In this document: one piece after another, positions 1-12,167 of the stretch
Layout of the letters: each line of letters starts with the position of its first letter
Position numbering within the stretch: the stretch's first letter is position 1
From: Selaginella moellendorffii
Lineage: Eukaryota; Plantae; Lycopodiophyta
Reading direction: 5' to 3'
Length of the DNA: 64,000 nt
Assembly (NCBI RefSeq): GCF_000143415.4
Contig: NW_003314282.1
Coordinates: 407,700-471,699, forward strand
Program-made: the position numbers and the translations under genes
The notes under the pieces: model-generated
Database searches by the model: none
Seen by the model: only the letters and a program-made list of their open reading frames with translations
Told to the model about the DNA's origin: nothing

Positions 1-120
1 CGAGATGAGGGGCGTGTTGTCGTCGATCAAGCTCGCCCTCAAGAGCACCGGCTGCTCCGGATTGACTGCGAGAGAGGAGAGGTCCGTTGACGTAATTATA
101 TCGTTCTCGTACACCGCGTG
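1..120 (-). pseudogene. 5' fragment of BCS1-like AAA gene copy (runs off window start)
   Basis: Near-identical to 5095-5230 and reverse complement of 42650-42780 (YENDxxxYNYVN...QPxLxRASLIDD). Confidence 0.75.
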
Positions 121-499
121 GCAGACTGTGGCCACCTCATCAGTCAACGCCACATCAGCCTGCCACCTGTGCCAACCCTTGGATGCGATTAGGAACATAC
201 AAAAAGCCATAATTCCTCTAATTCATGGGATCTCAATCTGAAAAACAAGGAATCTAGGCAAGATAGAGAGATATAAACATGCATACGAGGTCCACTATCC
301 ATTATCCATTTTCCAGGTCTCAAAACTAAATAGCTACGTCCTTGCGCTTGTTTCTCCCAGCTCATATTCATTATTAAAAGTCTGCAAAGCTTCTCCAGTG
401 TTTCACCCGTATCGAGCAGCTCCTTTGCAGAAGTAGGCAATCGATGCACAAAAGTTTGTAGACATCAAAATGCTTGGACTCACGCTTGTTTCTCCAGGC

Positions 500-705
500 T
501 TCCCAAGCTGAGCTTGAGCACGATCACCCATCAGGTGCGTGATATCCATGCTACCACTCCACGCCAGCCGACCCAGATCACTCTACATGGCATTCTCGGA
601 CGATGGCCAGGACCTACTTATCAAGAGTGTGGCGGAGCAGTGTGGACTAAAAGCTGTCCATGAAGATACCTTTGAGTCTCTGGGATGCGATGAACTAGAT
701 CTGGT
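500..705 (+). pseudogene. Truncated copy of ACP-like gene (exon 1 only)
   Basis: Encodes LLIKSVAEQCGLKAVHEDTFESLGCDELDL, paralogous to 42031-42279; exon 2 is absent. Confidence 0.7.
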
Positions 706-2655
706 GCAGTGAACTCTTGTTGTCATGCAAATGTTGTGTTATAACGTGGAACAAACAAAAGATTAGTTCGACACTGTCCATGACTATAACAAAAGTCACA
801 ACATAAACTGTGTAGAAGTAGCATTGCTGTCCTCTACAATATGCTCAACCTTATCTATCCAGCCGTGCAGCATCTCTTTGTTGTTTTTTTCATGGCCGCT
901 TACATTGTTTGTGACTTCATTGAAGAATCACAGCTAGAAATCATTCTTTTGTTAATTCTCTACTTGACAATGCGTTTCAGCCTATGTTCAAAATTGACCA
1001 AGTCAAAAACAGTCTTTAAAGAATAATTACACATGCAAGAGAATATTTTATATAAATGAATAATACTTTTCTGTGGTTATCTTAATAATAGTGCTTATTA
1101 TTTATTAATCATATTGACTATGTTTATAATTTATAAACAAGAGATTAATCTTATTACATAGAATAACTAGAATATACTAGGAAGTGTTTATATGTTTATA
1201 GTTTATAAATACATCATTAATCTAAATGAAAAACAACCATTAGATGGTAGAATATTCCAAAATATCAAGTATATTCTAGGTATATTCATTAACCTGTTTG
1301 CTTATAAATTTTTTAATAAAAATAAAGTATTTATAATATTAAAAACACTTTAAATAATATTTAGAATAATTTTACATATATAAACTATCCAGAAACCATG
1401 TTTTAACCATCAGTGGATCATTATAGAGCACTGAAGTTAAATCTTTTGCACTCTAGGCCTCTACCACCACCATCCTTTTTTATTGCATTTGTTGTAAAAT
1501 CTTTCTTTTCTTAGAGGCTTTGGCAATTTACAGATTCAGAATATTGAAGAGAGAGAGGTAAGATTCCCAGTCACCCTTGCATGGACAACCAAAATCACAT
1601 GACATGTTCTTTCTTTTCCTTTTTATCGAGAAAGTGTAAAAGTCAAGGTCTTCTTAGGAGCATTGAAAACAAGGTTGACAAGATACACCTGGTATATCAG
1701 TAGAAACTATAAACTTTTCCAAGGAGAAAGATGATAACAAATTGGAGTTGAAATATATGAAGATATAATGGCGAGGACACCAAGAGAAGGTTTGGTGAAG
1801 AGGACAGCAACAGGCCGGACTAGAAAATCTCGGATAACCTCCAGCACCTCCTACGACATTTGCGGCAATCACAAAGTCAACATGGCTCCAAGCTTTTACT
1901 TTTCCGATGCTCAACAGCAGAAGCAAGCCTCTCAGGTGGTGGAGAGAAGACGAACAACCTCCCAAAGTCAGCCTTCCTCGGACCTGTCTTCTCGAGAGCG
2001 CATGGAACCTGTGACGTTAACTTGTTCCACGAAAAAGTCCCTCGTCACGCTTAGAACCACGAGGAGTTGCAATAGCTCTCGAGAGGAGGAAGTAAAACCA
2101 AGAGTTACTCGTGGAAGATCTTGAGTGGGACGTTTATTCGATCGTGATTCCAGTCTAGTGGCAGTAGCAGAAATGGAAACAGGAAACATTTAGGAGCAGG
2201 CAAACCATTCGAGGGGTCAGCCACGTCGACTAACTGTCGGGGATTACAGGACGAGCCGCCTGGCAAGCTGATCGACGCTGCATGTCTGTGCTACTCAGAC
2301 ATGCTGACATGCACGGCTCGATGAAATTATCCACGCACATCTGGAGCTCTATGAGTCGGAAATCTGCGTTATCATACGTCATTCAGAAAGCCGTTAGCGC
2401 GAGTTGTTTTTTCCAGATTGGAGAAAGAGAACTTGGAAAATACCAGGGTGGGATATTGGGTTTCTTTTTTCGCAACAGGTAAGGCTTGCTTGGAGCATGC
2501 GGTTATTCAATTTTGTCATTTTAGGAGTTCTTACACAGCTTACATTTCTAAGAGTGGGAAAGCATGAAACGAACCATAAATTTATTGGTTCAAGACATTT
2601 AAATCTCTAGCCTCTCAAACCTCTCATCTAGACAATTCAGAGCGAATTCTCAGAA

Positions 2656-3471
2656 TTAACAACTCTGAGGTTTTCTGAGGCTCTTCAGATTTTTTGGTAA
2701 AGTATTCCCTGTAGCCTCGGCAAACTCCCTCAAAGCTTCAATAGCGTTCTCTTGGCGCACAGCAAGCCGCTTGTCCATATCCATTTCTCCCAACCTATTG
2801 CAGCTACCATATAGCATTTCGAGTGGCGACTGCAACATGTAGAAATGAATCAACATCCCGTGGACAATTGCAGCGATCGATCCCACAAGTAGAAGGGCTT
2901 GTCTATGCCATCCCAGCGGTGGAGCAACGGTGCCCAAAACACAGGCAACCATGTAACTCAAACCCCTCGTCATGTACACCACCATGAACTTGAACAATCC
3001 GGGCCCGTCGTACCATCTGTCAGGAGCTGGTTGTAATACCGGAGTGAAAAGTCCACAGCATGATATCGCCAGCAGCGGAAGCATCACCCATTGATTTGTG
3101 CTCATTATGGAACACAAACCACTGAGAAAACCGCTGGTGCCTCCAACAAGAAAACCATATGCATTGCTTTTCTTTCGACCCAAAAGGGCAACGAAAAATA
3201 CTGCATGGACGCACTTGTCAGTCTCGAGAGAGAAAGCAGTGAAACACTTACATGCTACGAAGACGGGAACCAAAGCAGAAGCTCCGCTTCCTTCGGGGAA
3301 CTCAGGGGGCCAAAATATGGCACCCATGTAGAACGCATATATAGTGAAGCAATGACTAACAAGATTCATCAAGAACTGGCGCCGTATAATCCAGTGCCCA
3401 CTGAGGTTCCAACTCTCATAGATATCAGCAAGATCATACTCACCATTTGGGCTCAACAATCCCTGCTCCAT
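2656..3471 (-). CDS. Intronless multi-pass membrane protein of unknown family, copy 1 (271 aa)
   Basis: Open ORF with about 6-7 hydrophobic segments, conserved in frame in two other copies. Confidence 0.75.
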   Translation of the reverse strand: MEQGLLSPNGEYDLADIYESWNLSGHWIIRRQFLMNLVSHCFTIYAFYMGAIFWPPEFPEGSGASALVPVFVACKCFTAFSLETDKCVHAVFFVALLGRKKSNAYGFLVGGTSGFLSGLCSIMSTNQWVMLPLLAISCCGLFTPVLQPAPDRWYDGPGLFKFMVVYMTRGLSYMVACVLGTVAPPLGWHRQALLLVGSIAAIVHGMLIHFYMLQSPLEMLYGSCNRLGEMDMDKRLAVRQENAIEALREFAEATGNTLPKNLKSLRKPQSC

Positions 3472-3759
3472 AGGGTAACCTAGATTGTCCTCTTTCCGCG
3501 AATATATCCCTGACTGTAGCTCATCCGACGGCTATTAGAAAAGGAGATTTCTTGCGATTGCTACAATTAAGCCGGTGTGGCGAGAGCCTTTCGGGCTGTG
3601 ATTTTCACACACATAGGGTGACAAAGATTCCAAGGAGGCTGTCTGCCGGCTTTACTTGGCTCCACGGGCCATGATAAGTGCGGCTTGGTCAGACACAACT
3701 AGATCAAAAAGCTTCTACTACCATCAATCTAAAACTTGGAGGGAATCTAAGTGGGGGGA

Positions 3760-5225
3760 GTTTTTTTTTCTGCACTGGGTTTTGCTTTGCAGAATGGGGA
3801 GTTTACGTCCAAGTTGTCCATGGTCACGCAGTAATGCTTGTCCAAGTTGTAGCAGCGTTAAAACTTCGCTCGCGCCTCCTCCGGGGACACCTCCGCCGCC
3901 GACGCCGCCGCCCCAAATGCAGCACTGGGCGTGCTTGCTGGAGCTCCTCCTCCGCCAAAAATCGCCGCCGCCGTCCCAAATGTGCTCGCTGGAGTCCCTC
4001 CGCCAAACCAGCCTCCGGAGGACGTGTTCTTTGCTGGAGCTTGACTCGATACCTGCTCGAAAATACGCGATGGTGTGAAGAAGGCCCCGGACCACGCTTG
4101 AGCTCTGCCAAAACACGGGCCAAATGTGTGCTGGAAAGCATGCGACGGTGCTGCTGGTGCGAAGGGTGATTGTGGGTGATTGATGCTGGTGCGAATGGTT
4201 GTGGCGGTGGTGTTGCGAAGGGAGATGGAGAGGCAGGCGACGTTTTCGTTTTCTTGCTCTTGATATGCTCCGCCACCTTTTCAAGCACCACGTCCGGATT
4301 GGAGCCGCTGTTCGTCCCCAGCACTAGCGCCAGGAGCTCGCCGACGTCGACCTCCTTCTTCCGATCATCATCAGCCCGTTGATCTCGCCCAGGAGCCTGT
4401 GATCCTCCACGCTCAAGTGGATCTTCACTGTCGACTTGAGCATCTGGAAGTCGCTGGTGTCCATGGCCACCGAGCCGGGCAGCCGGGAAGACGGTGTCCT
4501 GCTTGGCTTCGTCCGACACGAACACGAAGATCCTCTCGTCCGGAGCCCACAGCCCATCGCTCACGTCCAAAACGTCTGCCATCTTCACATTCATGGCCGA
4601 CTGGTTATCGATCCCATGCACACCCTCCTGGTTTTCACCAAGATCTCCTTGAGTTGCGCCTTGTTCGCCACCAACCCAATGTCGAGATCGTAAACATCGT
4701 AGCCGAGCTTGTTGGCTATGGCGGCAACGAGCTGCTCTTTCCCACTCGCCTGGCGGCCATGGACGAGGTAGCTCCTCTTCCACGCCTTCCCAATCCTCTT
4801 GTAGTAGCTCCCACAAACGCCTCCAGATCCTTGACTGGCGCTCGGCATTCATGGAGCAGTCCAGCGTCTCCAAGCTCGCGGGATGATCGAATTCGCAGCT
4901 CCCCCAGCTCATCTCGTCCACAGTGAAAAGGCGGCGTCGCTTGGAGGCGGTGGCAGTGATGTGAGAAAAGTAGGCCTGGATCGCGTCGTTAGAGTAGTGC
5001 GGCGGGAATGCCACCATGACATAGCGCGATGGCCCGCGCTCCACTTGAAATCTAGGCCTTGGAACTTGTCACGGGAAAGCCCGGCTGGAGTCCCAAGATG
5101 AAGGGCGTCTTGTCGTCGATCAAGCTCGCCCTGAAGAGCGCCGGCTGCTCCGGATTGACTGCGAGAGAGGAGAGGTAGCTGTTGACGTAATTATAGAGCG
5201 CGCCGCCATCGTTCTCGTATCCGCG
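3760..5225 (-). pseudogene. BCS1-like (plant AAA-ATPase) pseudogene with frameshifts
   Basis: FDHPASLETL, YYKRIGKAWKRSYLVHGRQASGKEQLVAAIANKLGYDVYDLD and DGLW...ERIFVF are spread over several frames. Confidence 0.8.
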
Positions 5226-5599
5226 TGGCAGACTGTGCCAACACAGCCGCCACCTCAGCAGTCAACGCCACATCAGCCTGCCACCTGTGCCAAGCATTGG
5301 ATGCTCAAAAAGCCAAATTCACGGATCTCAACCTGAAAAACAAGGAATTTAGGCCTGGCAAGATAGAGAGATATAAACATGCATACGAGGTGAGTTCTTC
5401 CATTATCCACCTTTCCAGGTCTCAAAACTAAATAGCTACGTCCTTGTGCTTGTTTCTCCCAGCTCATATTGATTATTAAAAGTCCACAAAGCTTCTCCAG
5501 TGTTTCACCTGTATCGAGTAGCTCCTTTGCAAAAGTAGGCAATTGATGCACAAAAGTTTGTAGACATCAAAATGCTTGGACTCACGCTTGTTTCTCCAG

Positions 5600-5812
5600 T
5601 CTTTTCAAGCTGAGCTTGAGCACGATCAGGTCACCCATCAGGTGCATGATATCCAAGCTACCACTCCACGCCAGCCGACCCAGATCACTCTACATGACAT
5701 TCTCGGACGATGGCCAGGACCTTCTCATCAAGAGTGTGGTGGAGCAATGTGGAATAAAAGCTGTCCATGAAGATACCTTTGAGTCTCTGGGATGCAATGA
5801 ACTAGATCTGGT
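5600..5812 (+). pseudogene. Truncated ACP-like copy 2
   Basis: EDTFESLGCNELDL; paralog of 500-705 and 42031-42279. Confidence 0.7.
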
Positions 5813-6176
5813 TGTCATGGAGATGTGTTATGCTGTGGAACAAACAAAAGATTAGTTTGACACTGTCCATGACTATAACAAAAGTTTCAACGGAAAAACT
5901 TTGTAGCATCTACAATATGCTCAACCCTATCCGTCCAGCCATGCAGACTTGGTTTGCATCTCTTTGATTTTTTTTAATGGCTGCTTACATTCTTTGTGAC
6001 TTCATTGAAAATTCACAGTTAGATCATTCTTTTGTTGATTCTCTACTTGACAATGCCTTTTCATCAATGAATAGCCTATGATACTCTTGTTCAAATATTA
6101 CACATGCAAGAGAATATTTTATCTAAATGAATAAGACATGAATAATAGTTTTTTGTGGTTTTCTTAATAATAGTGC

Positions 6177-6350
6177 GGTGAGGGCCAAGTGTACGGCTAC
6201 GATGCCGTATACTAATATTAGCATAGTGGATTTTGGTAGCCGTCGGATTGGTTTCAATCCGGACCACTCGCTCCTGTATATAAGCTAGGGTTTTTGGGCT
6301 AATTGATATGCACATTTCTGTATTTATGTTCCATATTCCATGCACTCACA
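6177..6350 (+). repeat. Element A 5' LTR
   Basis: 4 differences from 26192-26365 (starts GG instead of TG, ends CA); TATATAA box inside. Confidence 0.95.
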
Positions 6351-6351
6351 T

Positions 6352-6367
6352 TGGTGGAGGTGAGGGG
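6352..6367 (+). promoter_or_regulatory. Element A primer-binding site, tRNA-Ala-like
   Basis: TGGTGGAGGTGAGGGG just after the LTR resembles the complement of the tRNA-Ala 3' end (TGGTGGAGATGCGGGG). Confidence 0.65.
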
Positions 6368-6584
6368 CACCTTTGATTATCCCTGGGGAGTGCTTGGATT
6401 TGGGATTTTGGTTTAGATCTAGCTTTTGCATCGTCTAGATCTAATTTTTTCCATTTCCTTTCTTTTGTTCTTTCCTTTCAGGATTTTGGTTTCGATCTAG
6501 CTTTTTGCATTGTCTAGATCTACCATTTCTTTCCAGCTTTTTTGTCATTTCTCTTCTTTTGCTCTTTCTTTTTCGTTCATCTTC

Positions 6585-7517
6585 ATGGCCGATCTGCAAT
6601 CTCCTCCTTTGACTCTAAAGCAGCAGTTGGTTCAATTGCTTGATGTTATGCGCTTGCAATTGAACAACCAAACTCAGTTGATGGCGGCGTTCACGGCACG
6701 TGGTACAACTCCTCCTGCTCTTGGTGCCAATCCTCGCGTTCGGCCGGAGTTCTTTCGCAGGAATCTTGGGGATGATGTGTACCATTGGTTCAATCACTTT
6801 ACGGTGATTGCCACATATCATTCTTGGGATGATGCTTGACGGTTGCGTGAGTTTCCCACGTGTCTCCAAGGGACGGCGTTGCAGTGGTACAATGGTTTGA
6901 GCGCAGCTACTCGTGGGGATTGGAGTGTTCTCCCAGACGTCTTCAAACGCGCCTTCGGACATGCCGATGATTGTGATGATGCTTTCCAACAATTGCATCG
7001 TCTTCGCCAAGGGCCATCGGAGTCGCTGATGCAATTTGGCGTTCATTTCCGAAGTCTTTTGCTTCGTGCGGAGCCAAATATGTCGGAGCGGATCAAGCTA
7101 GGAATGTTGTGGCCAGCACTTCGTCAAGATCTTGTCGGACTTGTGCATGCACTTGCTCTTGCCACCCTTGACGATGCTCTTCGCTTGGCACAACGTTATG
7201 AGACGTCGCCTCTTCCACTTCTCACTGCACGTCCTTTCGCTCCACTTCCTATGGGTGATGGTCCTATTCCAATGGAGGTTGATGTTGCTGCTACTTGAGT
7301 CCAAGGACAAGCGCGAGGACGTGGTCGTGGTCGTGATGTTCGCTGCTGGGCGTGTGATGAAGTTGGTCATACTTATCGGCGTTGCCGTCGTTTTCCGGAT
7401 TGGCGACCTCTATTTCCTGGGTGGAGACCTTGGCGTTAGCAACGTCCCCTGGGTGCTGCTGCAGTGGAAGGTCTGGACACCGAGATGCATCAGGGAAACG
7501 AGGAGTCGCGCAAGTAA
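6585..7517 (+). pseudogene. gag: Element A gag with in-frame stops (6837, 7296, 7437)
   Basis: LQGTALQWY gag motif and zinc knuckle CWACDEVGHTYRRC in one frame; ends TAA 7515-7517. Confidence 0.85.
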
Positions 7518-10183
7518 CAGAGGGACCTTGCGCGAATAAATCAGTGACCCCTCCATCTTTCTTTCGGGAGTATCATCAAGGGGTTCACTCGGCACTAGTT
7601 CATCCAGTGTTTACTTTCCAAGCTTGTTTTTATAACAAGAAGTCTCCTATTATTCTCTCCGTGTTGGTTGATACAGGTTCGAGTTTATCTTCTATTGCTC
7701 GACCTGTTGCCACACGTTGTCGTCTACACTTGCGTCGTGCGGCAGAACCAATTTTCATTCTTTATGGCAACGGCCGTACACATGCATGTGCACGGGATGA
7801 GGTGGACCTGGTTGTGCGTGTGGGCAATCTCGAGCTTGAGTTGTAGTCGTTGCGGGTGGTGCCGAGTTAAGCTTTTGACCTCATTTTTGGTATGGATTGG
7901 TTGCAGCGCAATCATGCCAAGTGTGACTTTGAGGCTTCTCCCCCTTGTCTCATACTTCCTTATGTTTCATCCATTCCTCTCACTTCCATACCTCTTCGTC
8001 CCTCTACTTCTACCTCTGCTTCCATTACTTTTGTTTCCTCACTCTTTCCTTCTGTGTTTCCATCTTGTTCTGCTTTTCCCTTTTCTGATCCCTCCGACGA
8101 TCTTTGTGTTGCAGCAGTTGACCGGCTCATGAAGGAGTATTCTGATCTCTTTGAATTTGACCTATCGTCTGGGGCCAAGATTGCCACACGTCATCCAATT
8201 CCCACCGGGGATGCTCGTCCAATCAAGGTTCCTGTTCGTCGTCGGTCACCTAAGGAGATCAAAATTTTACGAGCAAACGTCAAGGAAATGCTGGAAAAGG
8301 GTGTTATTCGGAAGTCGCGGAGTCCTTGGGCATGTGAACCTCATCTTGTGACGAAGCCTGATGGGAGTATTCGTTTCTGCATCGACTATCGTCCGTTAAA
8401 CGAAGTGACGATCCTAGATGTGTATCCTCTTCCTCACACTGCTGATCTCTTGGATCGTCTGGGGCGAAGTCGTTGGTTCACCAAGCTAGATCTTGCTTCT
8501 GGGTATTGGCAAGTACCAATGGCCGAAAAAGATATTCCTAAGATTGCTTTTCGTACACCATTTGGTTTGTACGAGTTTTTGGTGATGCCGTTTGGTTTGA
8601 ACAATGCTCCAGCAACTTTCCAGCGGATGATGGACGAGGTTCTTTGCGATATGCCGGAGGTGACTGCTGACTTCATTGATGATGTCTTGATCCACTCGGA
8701 GGGGACGTGGGAGGAGCACGTTCGTGATGTTTGTAAAGTGTTGGATTGGCTACGTGACGTTGGTTTAAAGCTGAAGTGGTCGAAGTGCGTGTTTGGGTCC
8801 AAGGACACAACTTATCTTGGGTACCGTATTTCTCGTGAGGGTTTGCAAGTTGATCCTGACAAACTTGTGGTTGTTCTAAAGTTCCCTACTCCGAAGTGTG
8901 TGAATGATGTGCAGCGCTTTTTGGGTAAGGTGCAGTATCTTGGTCGTTTTGTGGATCATCTTTCCGATCGCACTACACCATTGCGAGCATTGCTGAAGTC
9001 ATCAACGTCGTCTTTCATCTGGTCTCCGGATTGTGAGCGAGCGTTTGTGGATCTCAAAGAGCTATTGACAACTCCTTCGGTTTTGGCATATCCTGACTAC
9101 ACTCGACCTTTTATTTTGCGCGTGGATGCTTCTGACATTGGTTTTGGAGGTGTGTTGATGCAAGAGAGCTCGAGTGTGCCTGGTCAGCGCCATCCCATTG
9201 CATACATAAGCCGTACATTACAACCAGCGGAGATGAACTACTCCACGACGGAGAAGGAGTGTTTAGCAGTAGTCTGGGGTTTTGAGAAACTTCATGCATA
9301 TCTACATTGTTCTCGGACGTTACTTGAAGGTGACTATGCTGCTGTTACTTCATTATTGAAGCGGAAGAACTTGGTTGGTCGTACGGCTCGATGGGCTTTG
9401 AAGCTTCAGATATATGATTTCGATGTTGTTCATCGCCCGGGGAGTTCTATGGCTGATGCTGATGCCCTTTCTCGAGCTCCTCTTCCTTCTCCACTCACTT
9501 CTCATCATTCTGACGAACCTGTTGTTCCAGCATCTGTGGATTTTCTAGATGAGGATTTTGTGCCGTCGGCGGTTGCTGTCCTTGACATTTAGTGTCCACA
9601 GGGTGCAGAGCAAGATCTACCTTCTCTTGAGGAGGTTCGCGAGGCTCAGAAGATTGAGCCGTGGATTCGAAGGCTTCGAGATGGGTTTGAGAATCCTGCA
9701 TCACTTGTTGATGACTTGCCTTTCCGGCATTTACATTCTCAATATCGCCTTGAAGATGGCCTTCTTTATTTTGTGGGGACGGATCCTGATGATCGTTTAC
9801 AATTGGTGGTACCTTCGGTGTTTATGCCGCAGTTTCTCCATGCCTACCATGATTCTCCTGTTCTAGGTGGGCATATGGGACACCGTCGTGTCATCGAGAA
9901 GCTGCGCAGGTCTTTCTATTGGCCGGAGATGCGACGTGATATTATCCAGTATGTGCGTAGCTGCGTTTGGTGCCAAGCTCGTAATACTCCCCCTTGTGCT
10001 GCGGAAGGACGGTTGGAGTCAATTGCAGTTTCCCGTCCGTTTGAGTTGGTGGCGTTTGATCTTATGGGACCTTTTCCACGATCGACTGCTGGCAATGAGT
10101 ATGTTATTATTGCTTCTGACTACTTGACTTGTTGGGTGGAAGTTAGTGCTCTTGTTAGTGCCTCTGCAACTGCTGTTGGATAC
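7493..10183 (+). pseudogene. pol: Element A pol, 5' part (protease, RT, RNase H, integrase N-terminus)
   Basis: LVDTGS, LDLASGYWQ, MPFGL, FIDD, DASDIG, HHCC and AFDLMGP in one frame, with TAG stops at 7844 and 9590; -1 relative to gag. Confidence 0.9.
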
Positions 10184-11331
10184 TGTAAGCCACAAATTTT
10201 TCCTTTCCAATTTGCCAGCTTACCTCGTCTATCCGTCCAACACTGCCTTGGCTTTTGCTAAGTTCCCTTGCCAAGGTTCTCGCCTATGGTACCAGCTCCT
10301 ACTTGGTCTCAGCTACTCACTGCACGAGCAACGGAGTGTTAGCCATCAATCCACGGATTCCCAAATCACTCCCAATCCCCCTCCCCGGGTTAGACTGGAC
10401 TTAAGGTTCGGCTACACTCCCCGCAAGCACAAGCAGCCAAGCACACCAAGCTTCCAGGTTCCTAACATCCTTTGGTACCACAAGACTTGATCATGGGACC
10501 CTCTAAATCCCAAGTCTTGAGTGCAACACTTGCTTCGGGACGCCGAGGCGAAACACCGTGGCCTAGCGGCCCGGTATGGGTACCTCTCGCCCCCCACTTC
10601 CATCCCGAAGGAAGGCCCAAGCCCCTAGGAAGGGCGAGGACCAATGAGCCGCATGGTACTCAAGTGAGGCACCACTCCACATGAGCCGGGAGCACCGCAA
10701 TCGGTTTCCCTTTCGGGAGTGGGAGCTGCTCTTGAGCACTTCCTTGGATGGCCCCTCCGGCACCAGCCAAGTCCATGCTCACTCCCACCCAAGGCCCCTC
10801 GGTCCCAGTCTCAACCTCAAGTCGGTTTGGAAGCCTAACTGGAGAGTCCCTTCAAAACTGGTTCCTGGACCTCACTATCCCTACTATACTTTTGGAACCC
10901 CTTGCAGCCCCCCCCCCCTGGGAGACGCACGCTTTGGGCTTTCACCCCTTGACCCGTATTAGTATTTGGACTTAGTCTCTGGCTCGATCTCGGACCCGAT
11001 TTTGGATCCGACTTCGGATTCGGGTTCGGACTCGATCACGGACTCGATCTCGGACCCGATCTCAGACTCGACCTCGGACTCGACCTCGGACTCGGTCTCG
11101 GACCCGATTTCGGATCTCGGACTCCGTCTCGAACTCGGTCTCGAACTCGGACTCGAACTCGGTCCCCGAGTCGGTCTCGGACTCGATTCCGGACTCTATC
11201 TCGAACTCGGTCCTAGAGTCGGTTTTGGACTCGATCTTCGACTTGGTCCCATCCGATGAACTCTTTGTCATTTTGGTCATGCTTTCGGGGTTCCTTTAGC
11301 CTACGACACCTCGGCGAGTTGGTTCCTTACA
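10184..11331 (-). repeat. Element B 3' LTR
   Basis: Matches 24205-25356 with about 20 substitutions (nearly all transitions); preceded on the minus strand by PPT GGGTGGTGGAGT. Confidence 0.95.
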
Positions 11332-12115
11332 ACTCCACCACCCATAGAAGAAGTTCGATGCCCACATCGAACGTCTTGTTTTATCCTACGACTTGTTGAC
11401 CATGTCTCCGGGGGCATCCCCCCACTTAGCGGTGTGCCTAAGTTAGCCTCCCCGGCCAAGAGCCCATGACAACGGAATATAGGTGTCCCTATACTCCTCA
11501 CCTCACCACGCCCTAGTATAGGGTCGGGACTTAAACCCAGCCTTGCTTTACTAGGGGGTTGGGACTCGAACCCAACCTCCGTAGAATACGTCTACGGATT
11601 CGACATCCCCGCAGGGAGTCGGGCGTAGCTCCCTACGCCTGGTCGACCTAGCTAACCCATGCTAATTAGCTTACCTTCGGCGCGCCTTCGGGTCCCAACA
11701 TATGCCATTGCTCAACTTCTCAAATTGATACTTTTAATTGAACTTTGCATAAGTACATAGAGTTCTATCATGCAGAAATTCCTCCACTAGATCTCGCGCG
11801 TTCGCTAGGTTCTCCTCCGGTTCCCATGTTGCTTCGCAGTGTGGAAATCCTTTCCACTTCACATGGAACTCTCTCACCTCGCGTCCTTGTCGCTTGCTCT
11901 TGCGCGCATTGAGGATGGCCTCGACTTCGTATTCCTCTTCCCCTTGGATAACCTCAAGTAAAGGTCTTACTTAGTCCTTGCGAAGCGGATCCTCAAAATA
12001 CGGCTTGAGTAAGTTCACGTGGAACACGGGATGCATCTTCCCCATCTCTCGAGGAAGTCGGAGACGGTAAGCCACTTTACCGATTCGAGCCTCAATCTTG
12101 TAAGGCCCCGCGAAC

Positions 12116-12167
12116 CTGCTTAAGGAACTCAAGATCAATTCATTTACAGGAATACATGCATTTTTAC
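12116..12167 (-). other. Putative spliceosomal intron (52 nt) in element B integrase C-terminal region
   Basis: AG|GTAAAA...TTCCTTAAGCAG|G; removal gives KLTQRFAGPYKIE. Confidence 0.85.

Larger units (their letters stand above)
1..3560. repeat. Segmental duplication unit, copy 1 (AAA fragment - spacer - ACP-like fragment - AT-rich spacer - 0.7-kb block - membrane-protein gene)
   Basis: Collinear with 5095-6176 joined to 26366-30880 once element A is removed; partly repeated in inverted orientation at ~61670-63550. Confidence 0.85.

Noticed and set aside
1750-2470. ORFs in a block repeated at 29.2 and 63 kb, with a faint PPR E-domain resemblance
   Set aside because: Stops and shifts in all frames; similarity too weak to call.
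11690-11770. Possible third intron at the end of B pol (AT-rich patch)
   Set aside because: No conserved motif is restored by any GT-AG pair I could identify; the chromodomain is already complete.
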